Below, piece by piece: positions 44,975 through 54,094 of a stretch of 64,000 bases of DNA (position 1 is its first letter; the number at the start of each line of letters is the position of its first letter). Below the pieces are notes generated by a model. The model was not told where the DNA came from, ran no database searches, and saw nothing but the letters and a program-made list of their open reading frames with translations. Origin of the DNA: an uncultured Nitrospirales bacterium (lineage in GTDB: Bacteria > Hydrogenedentota > Hydrogenedentia > Hydrogenedentales > JAGMZX01); NCBI GenBank assembly GCA_964569295.1, contig CAZMVU010000003.1, positions 11,005 through 75,004 on the forward strand. Reading direction: 5' to 3'. A program made the translations under genes and the position numbers.

Positions 44975-46967
44975 GGCCAAGCTCCTCGTGCGCGTGGGCG
45001 GCGCCGCCTTCGGGCGTGTGCTGCGCGGCGTGTGAGGCCGCTTCGCCAGCGGCAAGCTGACGCTCTACCGTGCCGCACGAGAACATTTCATCGCCAAAGT
45101 AGGGATTGCGGATTTCCTGGTCGCGCTGGAGCCAGTCGGCGCCATCGAAGTCGAAGGCCATGGGGCAATGGATCTGGTAGATTGGGCCCGCATCGGCGAG
45201 CTCTACACGCCGAATTGCCTCGATGAGTGTGTTAGACAGCGGTTTGAACGCGTCCCGCATGGTTTTCAGATCCTTGGCGGAGGCAAGGTCGGCTACGGCC
45301 GCGGCCAGGGATTCCCGCATTTTTTTCTCGGGGACCGCTTCCACCGCCTCTTCAAGGAGCGGGAGTGCTACTTGCGCTTTGTCGATGTTGTCGTGCGCGA
45401 GGGCTTCCTGCACAGGCATGTAGGCTTCAAAGACGCCACCCAGGGCGGATGGCATCGCAGCATCAGCCTCACCGCCGATGATCGCGCCCCCCGGCATGGA
45501 CATCATGCTGGGCTTGGCTTGAATCTCCAGCGCACTATCTATCTTGAAGTTGCCTTCGGTCACCACGCGCTCGCCTTCCTCGAGCCCGCTGCGGACGATG
45601 TAGTGTTCGCCTGCACGCTGTCCGAGCACCACTTCGCGCCCCTCGAAGGTGGGGCGTTCTTTATTGGGTACTTCCACATAGACCACGGCGCGCCTGCCCG
45701 TGATGAGCGGCGCCGTGGCGGGTATAATCAGCGGTATGTCTTCTGCGCCTGGATCGGCGGATACGTAGCCCAGTTCTTCCGCGGGGACAAGATCCATGCC
45801 GCAGATATCGCACGTACCGGGGCCGTCTTTCACGATTTCCGGGTGCATAGGGGAAATCCATTTGCCAGCGAGGGCGGGGTCCATCACGCGCCCGCCTTTG
45901 GCCAATTTCGACTGCACGACCGCGCGCACGAACATGCCGGGCTTAAGGCGCCGTTTCTCATTGGGCACATTCACTCGCACATCCACCGTGCGGGTACGCG
46001 GGTTGAGCGTTGGATCGATAAAGGCGATGGCGCCCTCGAAGGTTTCGCCTGGGTAGGCCTCGGTGGTGAACGTGGTCATCTGCCCGAAGTGAATCCAGGG
46101 CAGGTCGGATTCATACGCCTCGAGCTGCACCCACACCTTGTCGAGGTCGGCGATGGTGTATATGCGTTCGCCGGTGTCGACGTACATGCCCTCCTGCCCG
46201 TTGCGCTCGATCACCGTGCCGCCGCCGGGCGCGTAAATAGTGATGCTGTCGGTGGTGGCGTTACCTTCCTCGGCGCGCGTGATCTGTGCGTCGGTCATAC
46301 CCCAGCGCCGCAACTTGTTGCGCACGGCATCGAGTGTGCTCCTGGCGGTTTCCTGCAAAGCGGGCGGGGCCGACGCGGAAATCTGGTCGCGCGCTTTTTT
46401 GGCGCGTCGCAGCTCTTCTTTTGCGGATAGAAGCTCGGGGCTGTAAATATCGACCATGTGGTCGCCTTTCCGCACGAGTGTGCCCGTAAAATCGGCGTAC
46501 ATCCGCTCGATGCGCCCGGGTATCCATGCCGTGATGTAGGCGAGACGGGTCTCGTCGTAGTCCACCTTACCCACCATGTGCACCTCGGCTTCTACGAATC
46601 TGCGGACCACGGGAGCTGTTTCCACCTGCATGAGCGCCACCGCGTCGGCGGTCGTTTGGAATTCGCGCGGGCCCGTGCCGGCCTCCTCGCCGGCCTCGGA
46701 GGCAGGAATCAAATCCATGGCGCAAATTGGGCATTGTCCCGGTTCGGACTGGCGAATCTGGGGGTGCATGGAGCAAGTCCATGTGGTAGAGGATTCGGCG
46801 GCCTTGGTTTCTTCATGACCCGGCTCCGCAGTGGGGGCGGGGACCGGGGTGTTCCATGACGCAAAAAAGTAGCCTCCCATGAGACCCGCGACGAGAATCC
46901 CGGCGAGCGCCGCAGGCCACCTGAGTTGCGCCGCTCTATAAAACACGCGTCCTTCGGCTTTCTTCAT
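44967..46967 (-). CDS. cusB: RND periplasmic adaptor (CusB-like) with two heavy-metal-binding CxxC modules and a Cys-containing C-terminal domain
   Basis: Membrane anchor AALAGILVAGLMGGYFF. WTCSMHPQIRQSEPGQCPICAMDL and WISPMHPEIVKDGPGTCDICGMDL flank the HlyD-like barrel/lipoyl core. The C-terminus has IYQIHCPMAF...FSCG. The start was set to ATG 46967 (GGGAGA upstream). Confidence 0.85.
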   Translation of the reverse strand: MKKAEGRVFYRAAQLRWPAALAGILVAGLMGGYFFASWNTPVPAPTAEPGHEETKAAESSTTWTCSMHPQIRQSEPGQCPICAMDLIPASEAGEEAGTGPREFQTTADAVALMQVETAPVVRRFVEAEVHMVGKVDYDETRLAYITAWIPGRIERMYADFTGTLVRKGDHMVDIYSPELLSAKEELRRAKKARDQISASAPPALQETARSTLDAVRNKLRRWGMTDAQITRAEEGNATTDSITIYAPGGGTVIERNGQEGMYVDTGERIYTIADLDKVWVQLEAYESDLPWIHFGQMTTFTTEAYPGETFEGAIAFIDPTLNPRTRTVDVRVNVPNEKRRLKPGMFVRAVVQSKLAKGGRVMDPALAGKWISPMHPEIVKDGPGTCDICGMDLVPAEELGYVSADPGAEDIPLIIPATAPLITGRRAVVYVEVPNKERPTFEGREVVLGQRAGEHYIVRSGLEEGERVVTEGNFKIDSALEIQAKPSMMSMPGGAIIGGEADAAMPSALGGVFEAYMPVQEALAHDNIDKAQVALPLLEEAVEAVPEKKMRESLAAAVADLASAKDLKTMRDAFKPLSNTLIEAIRRVELADAGPIYQIHCPMAFDFDGADWLQRDQEIRNPYFGDEMFSCGTVERQLAAGEAASHAAQHTPEGGAAHAHEELGHE

Positions 46968-47076
46968 AATAGTCTCCCGGTTGCCAGGGACGTTGCGTAT
47001 GCGCAGCATAAGGCGCGCCATGCCCCCCGACGCATAACACAACCCTTCGTTCAGGCGTGAATGATCGGGAAGCGTA

Positions 47077-47646
47077 TCATGCGCGAAATACGCACAAGGC
47101 AAGATAGACGGGCAGGCCGAGTTTATGGAGCGGGCTCTGCCGGTCTTGGCGGAGCGCTGCCGCGTGCGTGCCGGCGGGCAGCACGATAAAACGCGACGTT
47201 TGTATACGCATCAACAGTGTGAGCGGCTCGGGGGGGTGCCGGGTGGTGACTGTTTCCATTGTGGCAAGTTGCGAACGGGGAGCCGGTGCGCAATGACAAC
47301 CGCCCGCAAGGCCGCTGGTGCGGCGTGTGCAGTTGGTTTCCGGCGTGGTGCGTTCGCCGCGGGTACAGCATGCCGCGTGTCCGGCTGCAGCCTGCGCCGG
47401 TGCGCAACAGCCGTGCGTCAGGAACGCGAAAGAACGAGCATGGTGGCAGGCGCATACGGCGCCGCCCGGCAGGTAAAACAGTGCAAAGCACAGCGCCAAC
47501 ACAAGTAGGCCATGCGCCCGTCGCGGTGCGATTCGCCCCACGCCTGCTATGTTCCGCAGTGTACGGTTATTCACAATGCTCACCCGCAATTCAAGGGGTG
47601 CGGTTCTTGTATCAATGCCGAAGGCGTAGCGGGGAGGAAAAAACAA
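47077..47646 (-). CDS. hypothetical Cys/His-rich exported protein, first ORF of the cus-like operon (uncertain)
   Basis: The minus-strand ORF has a signal/anchor-like segment RRAHGLLVLALCFALFYLPGGAVCA followed by CHH, HGCC, HAACC, NC and GCHC clusters. Third-position G/C usage looks similar to neighbouring genes. The start is unclear (TTG 47646; GTG at 47583, 47574, 47541). I recognise no family. Confidence 0.3.
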   Translation of the reverse strand: MFFPPRYAFGIDTRTAPLELRVSIVNNRTLRNIAGVGRIAPRRAHGLLVLALCFALFYLPGGAVCACHHARSFAFLTHGCCAPAQAAAGHAACCTRGERTTPETNCTRRTSGLAGGCHCAPAPRSQLATMETVTTRHPPEPLTLLMRIQTSRFIVLPAGTHAAALRQDRQSPLHKLGLPVYLALCVFRA

Positions 47647-48030
47647 TCAAACAACCGCGGCCTGTCCGCGAAACCAGCCAGTTTTTCCCGTAGCGCGGCA
47701 ACGTGAAGTACAATCTCTGCTTCCTCCTTTGGCGACAACGCTTCCCGCTCCGCCAAGGCGCTACGGAGGACAAGCCAGCGGACACGCGAGGACTCGCTAG
47801 GACAGGCTCTTAGTTTGCTTTTCTTGCTCTTCCATATTGTTAACACCAGCAGTACACCTTGTATGGAACATCATGAAATTTTAGCATATTTCTGCGAGCG
47901 GCCGCGACTACCGGAAAGAGACGTGAAAACTGCCGGGTTCGGGCTGCTATTCGTGCGGGCCATATGACAATGCAGGAAGCTACGCGTTACACTCGACAGA
48001 CAGCGCAGATTCACGAGAGGGGGTTTACCT

Positions 48031-50553
48031 ATGCTGTTCATAGTACGCGCGCATTTTGCCGTGATGCTCACGATTCCGTTGTTCTTCGCAGGCGCATCGG
48101 AGGAAAATGGAGGACATTCACATGGTTTCAAGAATGTGCGTCATGTCTACGAGCGCGGCGCCCCGTGCGTGTTGGACTTTACAGCGCCCGAGGCTTCTGC
48201 TGTGGATTTCGATATCTCGGGCATGCTAGGCCGGTCGGTGCCGGTTGAAGACGGTGTCGCATCGTACACCATCGACACGGCGCTGCTTGGAAGCGGCGAC
48301 TACATCGTGCGTGCTTTACCGCGCCGGGGCAATGGTGCAAAAGAGGCGGTCCGGTTTCCGGTTACGATTGCACCCCCCCATGACAGTGAACGGCTTTCAG
48401 TGTGGCGTTGGGGCGGCGGTGGGGCCGACCCGGCATGGTGGATGCAGCGTGGTTTTACGGGGGCGTTCTATGGTTCACAGCGCGATCCACTCACGAGCGG
48501 CAGCAGCAGGGCGCATTCCCTCCATAAGGTGCTCGAGCGTGCTGGCCGGCACGATTTCGAACTCGGGTTCTACATGTATCCCCTCTTGTCTAAGAAACTC
48601 GCGGAGCAGAACCGATTGCTGTGTCTTTACCCCAACGGCACACGCCAAACAGATAAACCCAAGCCCTACCCGCGCGAACCGGAGGTAATCGACCATGCGC
48701 GTGCCACGGTCGCGTCTGCCATGGCGCGCTTCCAAGACTACCCCGGTTTACGCCACGTCATGTTGCACTCCGAATGGCAAACGCCATATTGCGTGAACGA
48801 GACGGCCGTCTCATTGGCGGAAGAGGAAGCGGCGCTCGACCTGCGCGAGTTCGTAGAAAACCGCGGTAGCCTGGCCGCTCCGCCGGCCGACATGGTGCAG
48901 GACGGAATAATCGCCGATGACAACGCGCACTACCAGTTCCGGCTGTGGTGGTGGCAACGGGGACATGGAACGGCCGTACTGAACGCGTTGTTGCACGAAA
49001 TCGTGAAGGAGCACAACCCAAACATCGTCACCTGGCATGAACCCTACCGCCTGGCGCCGGTGCATGGCTCGCACACCGGGCTCGATTGCATCGCAACGTG
49101 GACCTACGGCCACCCGGACATCAAGCGTCTGTGCTACACGACCTATCTACAGGCGGCCGCGCGCCCGGAAAACCAACTGGTGCAACAGGATATTTCCCTG
49201 TTTGTCTATGGCCGGTTCGTCGTCCCACTCGATGAATCGACTGCGGATCTGGCAAACGATTTCGCTGGGCGCGACCCGTTCTATACCGCCGGGCCGGATT
49301 ATGCACGAGAGGCCATGTGGCTCGTGCTCTCTCAGCGCCCGGACATACTGTGCTTCTACTCAGCGGGCCGGCTCGCGCCGGATGACCCGGAAAACGACCC
49401 ATTCTATGCTTCGCCGGATACCTTCAGCGCCATCGGACAGACCTGTGAGGACTTGGTGAAGCCCTACGGGCCGGCGCTCCTGAAATGCCGGCGTGTACCC
49501 GCCCGTACCGCGGTGTTGATGTCTGCGGCGTCCACTTGGTTCAGTGACAGTGCGCGTCTGCCGGGCTATCCCAACGAGCAGACGCTGCCCTTTGCCACGC
49601 TGTTGATGATGAACCATGTGCCCTTCGAGGTCGTGCTCGATGAGGACATTACCCGGGATGCACTCGATCGCTATGACGTACTGGTTATGCCGCGGGCGGA
49701 TACGCTGACGCGCACCATGTATGAGCGCATTCGAGCGTTCGCGGGTAATGGCGGCAAGGTCATCGCGGACGATTCGTTGCGTGCATCCGTACCGGAAGCC
49801 GAAATTACGCAGTTCGATTTTACGCATCAGAAGCGTATGGACGGCCGGGCTCTTGCCGCCGGCAATGCCGTTACCGCCGAAGAGAACCGGCGGATCATGG
49901 AGGAATATGCCAACAAACTGGCGCCCATGCTGGCGGACGTGTCCCGGCCTGCCGAGGCGGGAAGTCCGCGCGTGCTCACCAACAGCCTCGAAGGCGGCGC
50001 CGCACGCTACCACTTTTTCGTGAATGACGATCGCACGTACGGCCCGCGTTTTGGTGAACATGAGTTGTTCTTCGAACTTGGGGTCCCGCAAACCGCGGCC
50101 GTCCGCGTTCCCATTGACGGGCGTCCGGCGCTCTATGACGCGCTGTTGCGCACGCCGGTCGACTATGAAACGAAGGCGGGACACGCCGAGTTCGATATCC
50201 GCATGACGGGGGCCGCTGGCAAGCTCATCATTGCGCTCCCAGAGAAGCTCGTGGCGGTCTCGCTGGACATGCCAGAATCCACGCCCGCTGGGGAAAACGT
50301 CCGCCTTGACATCCGGGTGCTCGGGGAAAGCGGAGACACGCTGCAATGCGTGGTACCGCTGCACATCGAAGTCCTGGACGGCCTCGGCCGGTCCACGGAC
50401 TGGCAGCGATACACCGCGACGAAGAAGGGCGCGCGCACCTATGAATTCACCCCGGCCGTCAACGCAGCGCATGGCGACTGGACGATTCGCGTGACCGAGC
50501 TGGTTTCCGGGCAGCGCAGGGAGGAAACATTGCGCGTTATCAATGGTGCATAG
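48031..50553 (+). CDS. large secreted hypothetical protein (possible glycoside-hydrolase-like TIM barrel + GATase1-like module)
   Basis: 840 aa. GAGGGGG lies 7 nt before the ATG. The signal-like N-terminus is FAVMLTIPLFFAGA. The YDVLVMPRADTLTRTMYERIRAFAGNGGKVIADD segment resembles the amidotransferase-like 'trimerisation' module of GH42-type proteins. No catalytic motif was assigned. Confidence 0.55.
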   Translation: MLFIVRAHFAVMLTIPLFFAGASEENGGHSHGFKNVRHVYERGAPCVLDFTAPEASAVDFDISGMLGRSVPVEDGVASYTIDTALLGSGDYIVRALPRRGNGAKEAVRFPVTIAPPHDSERLSVWRWGGGGADPAWWMQRGFTGAFYGSQRDPLTSGSSRAHSLHKVLERAGRHDFELGFYMYPLLSKKLAEQNRLLCLYPNGTRQTDKPKPYPREPEVIDHARATVASAMARFQDYPGLRHVMLHSEWQTPYCVNETAVSLAEEEAALDLREFVENRGSLAAPPADMVQDGIIADDNAHYQFRLWWWQRGHGTAVLNALLHEIVKEHNPNIVTWHEPYRLAPVHGSHTGLDCIATWTYGHPDIKRLCYTTYLQAAARPENQLVQQDISLFVYGRFVVPLDESTADLANDFAGRDPFYTAGPDYAREAMWLVLSQRPDILCFYSAGRLAPDDPENDPFYASPDTFSAIGQTCEDLVKPYGPALLKCRRVPARTAVLMSAASTWFSDSARLPGYPNEQTLPFATLLMMNHVPFEVVLDEDITRDALDRYDVLVMPRADTLTRTMYERIRAFAGNGGKVIADDSLRASVPEAEITQFDFTHQKRMDGRALAAGNAVTAEENRRIMEEYANKLAPMLADVSRPAEAGSPRVLTNSLEGGAARYHFFVNDDRTYGPRFGEHELFFELGVPQTAAVRVPIDGRPALYDALLRTPVDYETKAGHAEFDIRMTGAAGKLIIALPEKLVAVSLDMPESTPAGENVRLDIRVLGESGDTLQCVVPLHIEVLDGLGRSTDWQRYTATKKGARTYEFTPAVNAAHGDWTIRVTELVSGQRREETLRVINGA

Positions 50554-50567
50554 TATTGCATAGTATT
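50548..50567 (+). repeat. perfect tandem duplication GCATAGTATT x2 spanning the stop codon of the preceding gene
   Basis: Read directly: ggtGCATAGTATTGCATAGTATTata. The TAG stop at 50551-50553 lies in the first copy. Confidence 0.9.
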
Positions 50568-50704
50568 ATAGGTGGGCAGCATAAGAAGACAATCCGGCGT
50601 AACCGGGCTGCCGGTGCGCAGGCGGCATGAACAGCCTTGTCAATAAAGGCCATTTCGAAGTATGGCGAGACTGTCTTGACACGAGTGACTTGGGACCATG
50701 TTGC

Positions 50705-51049
50705 TCAGCCGTGTTTCTTATCGGCGGTTGCGATAACCGATGGGTGTTCGCTGAAGTGAAGCCGTGATGGTTTGGTTTCCTGGAGAATGAGTGTTGCCCG
50801 TGCGAGGAGATGCCCCGCCAGGGGTGACGTCACCATGAGGAAGGCGGCTGTGAGCAACACGGGCCCCGCCACCGTAGTCCAGGGAACGACGAATAGAATG
50901 GCGAGGAGACTACACACCACGCCCACAGTGCCGGTCTTCGCGGCCGCATGGATGCGCAGCAGCGTGTCGGGGAAGCGCAACATCCCGATAGCGGCGAGGA
51001 ATGTGAATGCGCCGGACGTCCATAGCAGAACAACGGGGATGAGCGTCAT
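50705..51049 (-). CDS. mrpG: Mrp/Mnh-type monovalent cation:proton antiporter subunit G
   Basis: MTLIPVVLLWTSGAFTFLAAIGMLRFPDTLLRIHAAAKTGTVG... matches the MnhG pattern. The start was trimmed to ATG 51049, overlapping the mrpF stop (ATGA). Confidence 0.85.
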   Translation of the reverse strand: MTLIPVVLLWTSGAFTFLAAIGMLRFPDTLLRIHAAAKTGTVGVVCSLLAILFVVPWTTVAGPVLLTAAFLMVTSPLAGHLLARATLILQETKPSRLHFSEHPSVIATADKKHG

Positions 51050-51315
51050 CGGTTGGAATTCTCCTGTAAGGTGTGAAAGAGAAACGCGACGGTGCCGACA
51101 ATGCCCACAAGCGCCAGAACGAGCGCCGGCGCGAGAAGGGACACCTGGCCGGTACGCAAGACCTCGAGGGCCAGCACGGCGATGCAACACATGATGATGA
51201 ATTCGAGGGCGGTCAGACGGTCGACAAGCCCCGGGCCGCGTGCAAGGCGGATAGACGCCAGCGCGATGGCTGCGGCGTGCAGCAGCAGGACACTGTGAAT
51301 GGTAAAACTGAGCAT
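51046..51315 (-). CDS. mrpF: Mrp antiporter subunit F
   Basis: 89 aa with three hydrophobic helices. LARGPGLVDRLTALEFI is typical of MnhF. Confidence 0.8.
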   Translation of the reverse strand: MLSFTIHSVLLLHAAAIALASIRLARGPGLVDRLTALEFIIMCCIAVLALEVLRTGQVSLLAPALVLALVGIVGTVAFLFHTLQENSNR

Positions 51316-51327
51316 GGGTCTTTTCTC

Positions 51328-51822
51328 TTATCGCAGTAGGCCGATGATTCGGTGCTCGAACCCGTGTTTGATGGATTGCTTCAGGCTTTCCGGATTGTAG
51401 GAGAACATGCTGTGGACATAAAGCACCCGCCTGTCATCCGAGAGGCCAAGGCTGATTGTGCCGGGCGTAAGGGTGATCACGTTCGCAAGCAGGCCAATCT
51501 CGGCCGGGGTGCGCACGTCCAGTTCGAGTGCGATAATGCCCGGCCATGTGCGATCTTTCACGGCCACTACGGCCCAGGCAACCTGAAGTGCGCCCAGAAT
51601 GACTTCCTTCATAAAGTAGATGGTCAGGGCTGCAGCGGTCAGCGCGCGCTTTCCAGGACGGAGGCGGGTTGATACAGGGGCTCTGGCGACCGACAGGCGA
51701 TCACTCAACCACAGCACCACCGTGCCTATGGCGGCGCCTATCAGGAGCTGGTGCGGCGCGAAGGAACCCATGGTGCCGGCCCAAACAATCATTGCCACCA
51801 GAATGTCAAAAACGATCCTCAT
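51328..51822 (-). CDS. mrpE: Mrp antiporter subunit E
   Basis: MRIVFDILVAMIVWAGTMGS...LLANVITLTPGTISL...LYVHSM matches the MnhE pattern. The start was trimmed to ATG 51822, overlapping the mrpD stop. Confidence 0.8.
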   Translation of the reverse strand: MRIVFDILVAMIVWAGTMGSFAPHQLLIGAAIGTVVLWLSDRLSVARAPVSTRLRPGKRALTAAALTIYFMKEVILGALQVAWAVVAVKDRTWPGIIALELDVRTPAEIGLLANVITLTPGTISLGLSDDRRVLYVHSMFSYNPESLKQSIKHGFEHRIIGLLR

Positions 51823-53312
51823 GGTAGGCCTCCGTATACGATGTTGGCATACGCCGTTACATCGATCAGTTGCGCCGCTGCCGCCTGTGCGGTGTTGGCG
51901 AATAACTCCGCGCCGAGTCCCATAATCACGCTCATCGCCACCAGTCCGCAAGCCGCGGCGCCATAGGTCCACCGCGGCACCATACCGCCGTTGTTCACAT
52001 ATACCACGTTCTCTGGCGCGGGACGCCAGAAGGCCAGATTCCATATTTTGATCATCGAGAAGAGGGTGAGCAGGCTGGCACCCAGGGCAACGGTCAACAT
52101 AATGTATGCTTCTGCTTCGAACCCCGCGCGCACGAGTGCATACTTGCTGATGAAACCCGAGAGTGGAGGAAGCCCCGCCAGCGAAAAGGCCGCTATCAGA
52201 AACAATGCGGCCAGCACCGGGTTCGAGCGCGCGAGCCCGCCCAGGCGGTCGAGATCCGTGGTGCCGCGCACGTGGCCGATGATGCCGGCGATCACGAGGA
52301 GCGCCGCTTTGGCCGCGGCCACGTGCACCAGGAAAACCAGTGTTGCCGAGAGGGCCGCCTCCGTGAACAGGGCGAAGCCGAAAACCAGGTAGCCAATCTG
52401 GCTGATGATGTGGAAGGACAGCAGCCGCTTGAGCTCATGTTGTGCGATGGCGCCCAAGGCGCCGCTGACCATAGTAATCGCGGCCACCGGCAGCATGAGG
52501 TCAGTCACCGCCTCCGCGTATACATGAAAGGCCGTGTTGAATACGCGGATAAGCGCGTAAACACCGACCTTGGTGAGCAAGGCGGCGAAAAGCACAAGCA
52601 CCGGCATGGGGGCTGCGTGGTAAGAGGCCGGCAGCCAGGAATAAACGGGAAACACCGCCGCCTTCACGGAAAAGGCGACCAGCAACAACAACGCCGCACC
52701 GCCCGCCGCGACGCCCTGCGCCGCGAAGATATCGCTCTCGGCCAGCGCCGCCATGTTGAGGGTGCCGGCGGCGCCATAGACGAGACCTACGCCGGAAAGA
52801 AACAGCATTGAAGCAACAAGGTTGACGGTCGCATAGGTGACCGTCGCCTTGCGTTGTTCGGCCTTGCCGTCCGTTACCAGCAACACGAAGGAGGCGATGA
52901 GGAGCACCTCGAACCAGACATAGAGGTTAAACAGATCCCCTGTGAGGAAGGCGCCGTTCACACCCGCCAGTAATACCTGGAAAGGGACTACGAAGTGCGC
53001 CGTACCCGATGATACGCGCTCATTCGGCGCCAAGGTGAGCAACGCTGCCGCGAGTGCCACGCCCGCCGTAAGCGCGACCAGAACCGCGCTGAACAAGTCC
53101 GCCACGAAGACAATGCCGAAAGGGGCCGGCCAGTCCCCGAACGTCACCACGCGCGGACCGTCACGGTGCACCACATGCAAGAGCAGGCCCGCCCCAGGCA
53201 CAAGCAAGGCCGCCCCGGCCAGGTTCAGCACACGGCGCACCCCGGGCGCGCGTACCAGCAGCGCCAGGGCCGCCATTGCCAGGGGGAGTATGATAGGAAA
53301 TGTCGTCAGCAC
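51819..53312 (-). CDS. mrpD: Mrp antiporter subunit D (NuoN/ND2-like)
   Basis: Polytopic proton-pumping-subunit pattern (FNLYVWFEVLLIASF, AVFPVYSWLPASYHAAP, HIISQIGY). The start was set to GTG 53312 (GGGAGA 8 nt upstream), after the mrpC stop. Confidence 0.85.
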   Translation of the reverse strand: MLTTFPIILPLAMAALALLVRAPGVRRVLNLAGAALLVPGAGLLLHVVHRDGPRVVTFGDWPAPFGIVFVADLFSAVLVALTAGVALAAALLTLAPNERVSSGTAHFVVPFQVLLAGVNGAFLTGDLFNLYVWFEVLLIASFVLLVTDGKAEQRKATVTYATVNLVASMLFLSGVGLVYGAAGTLNMAALAESDIFAAQGVAAGGAALLLLVAFSVKAAVFPVYSWLPASYHAAPMPVLVLFAALLTKVGVYALIRVFNTAFHVYAEAVTDLMLPVAAITMVSGALGAIAQHELKRLLSFHIISQIGYLVFGFALFTEAALSATLVFLVHVAAAKAALLVIAGIIGHVRGTTDLDRLGGLARSNPVLAALFLIAAFSLAGLPPLSGFISKYALVRAGFEAEAYIMLTVALGASLLTLFSMIKIWNLAFWRPAPENVVYVNNGGMVPRWTYGAAACGLVAMSVIMGLGAELFANTAQAAAAQLIDVTAYANIVYGGLP

Positions 53313-53337
53313 GGCAGCAGTCTCCCTGTGTGCGCCC

Positions 53338-53685
53338 TCAATAGGCTTCCTCGCCAAGCGCGTCGGTATCGTCCTGGTTCGCTTTGGCGCCTGCCTGGCT
53401 GTACAGGGCCAGCAAAAACGCGGCGAGTCCGAAGCTGATCACGATTGCGGTGAGCACGAGTGCCTGTGGCACGGGGTCGGCCATCGCCGATGAGGAGATG
53501 CCGGATGCCGCCAGGGGCGCCGCGTCCCGTTGTGTATCGGCGGCGGTGAAGATGAGGAGATTAGCCCCGTGGCTCACGAGCAACACCCCGAGCACCAACT
53601 GGGCGAGACTCCGCCGCAGAAGGAGATAGACACCCGCGGCGAAGAGTGCGCCTACAACAATGGACAGACTAAGCGACATCTTCAT
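53338..53685 (-). CDS. mrpC: Mrp antiporter subunit C (NuoK-like)
   Basis: 115 aa. LSIVVGALFAAGVYLLLRRSLAQLVLGVLLVSHGANLLIF is the NuoK/MnhC pattern. Confidence 0.85.
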   Translation of the reverse strand: MKMSLSLSIVVGALFAAGVYLLLRRSLAQLVLGVLLVSHGANLLIFTAADTQRDAAPLAASGISSSAMADPVPQALVLTAIVISFGLAAFLLALYSQAGAKANQDDTDALGEEAY

Positions 53686-54094
53686 CCTCCAGCATGGCCA
53701 GGGCCAGCATCGCGCTCATACCCAACACCAGAAGGTACACGCCGACATCGAACAGGAGCGGTGTACCCAGGCTGACCGCGCCCAACATTGGCACGGACAG
53801 GGTCATCCAGAGTCCAGTGAGAAGGGGTTTGCCCGCCAGAAAAGCAGTAATCCCGCTGAGCACCGCCAAGGCCAGGCCCGCACCGATGAGTTGTTGGGGC
53901 GTTACCCGAAGCAGCGCGCGCGTGCGCTGGTGACCCATTACCACCGCATGCAGCACAAAGCCGCAACCTGCCACCAGCCCGCCCACAAAGCCACCGCCGG
54001 GGGCATTGTGTCCGCGCAGTAGCAGTGCAATAGAAAATACAATCATCAACGGCCCCAGTGTCGGAGCCCAGGCATAAAGGATTCGCGACGTCAC
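53669..54094 (-). CDS. mrpB: Mrp antiporter subunit B
   Basis: IALLLRGHNAPGGGFVGGLVAG is the MnhB-domain signature. The GTG start overlaps the mrpA stop (GTGA). Confidence 0.85.
   Translation of the reverse strand: MTSRILYAWAPTLGPLMIVFSIALLLRGHNAPGGGFVGGLVAGCGFVLHAVVMGHQRTRALLRVTPQQLIGAGLALAVLSGITAFLAGKPLLTGLWMTLSVPMLGAVSLGTPLLFDVGVYLLVLGMSAMLALAMLEDEDVA

Noticed and set aside
42506-46430. 742-aa and 420-aa plus-strand ORFs (42506..44734, 45168..46430)
   Set aside because: They lie opposite the CusA-like and CusB-like genes. Their translations are low-complexity (G/R/H/E/A).
47580-47846. 88-aa minus-strand ORF upstream of and overlapping the Cys/His-rich ORF
   Set aside because: No motif and no convincing SD at its TTG start. 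It spans the lower-GC divergent promoter region. It is possibly a small regulator, but the sequence alone does not support calling it.
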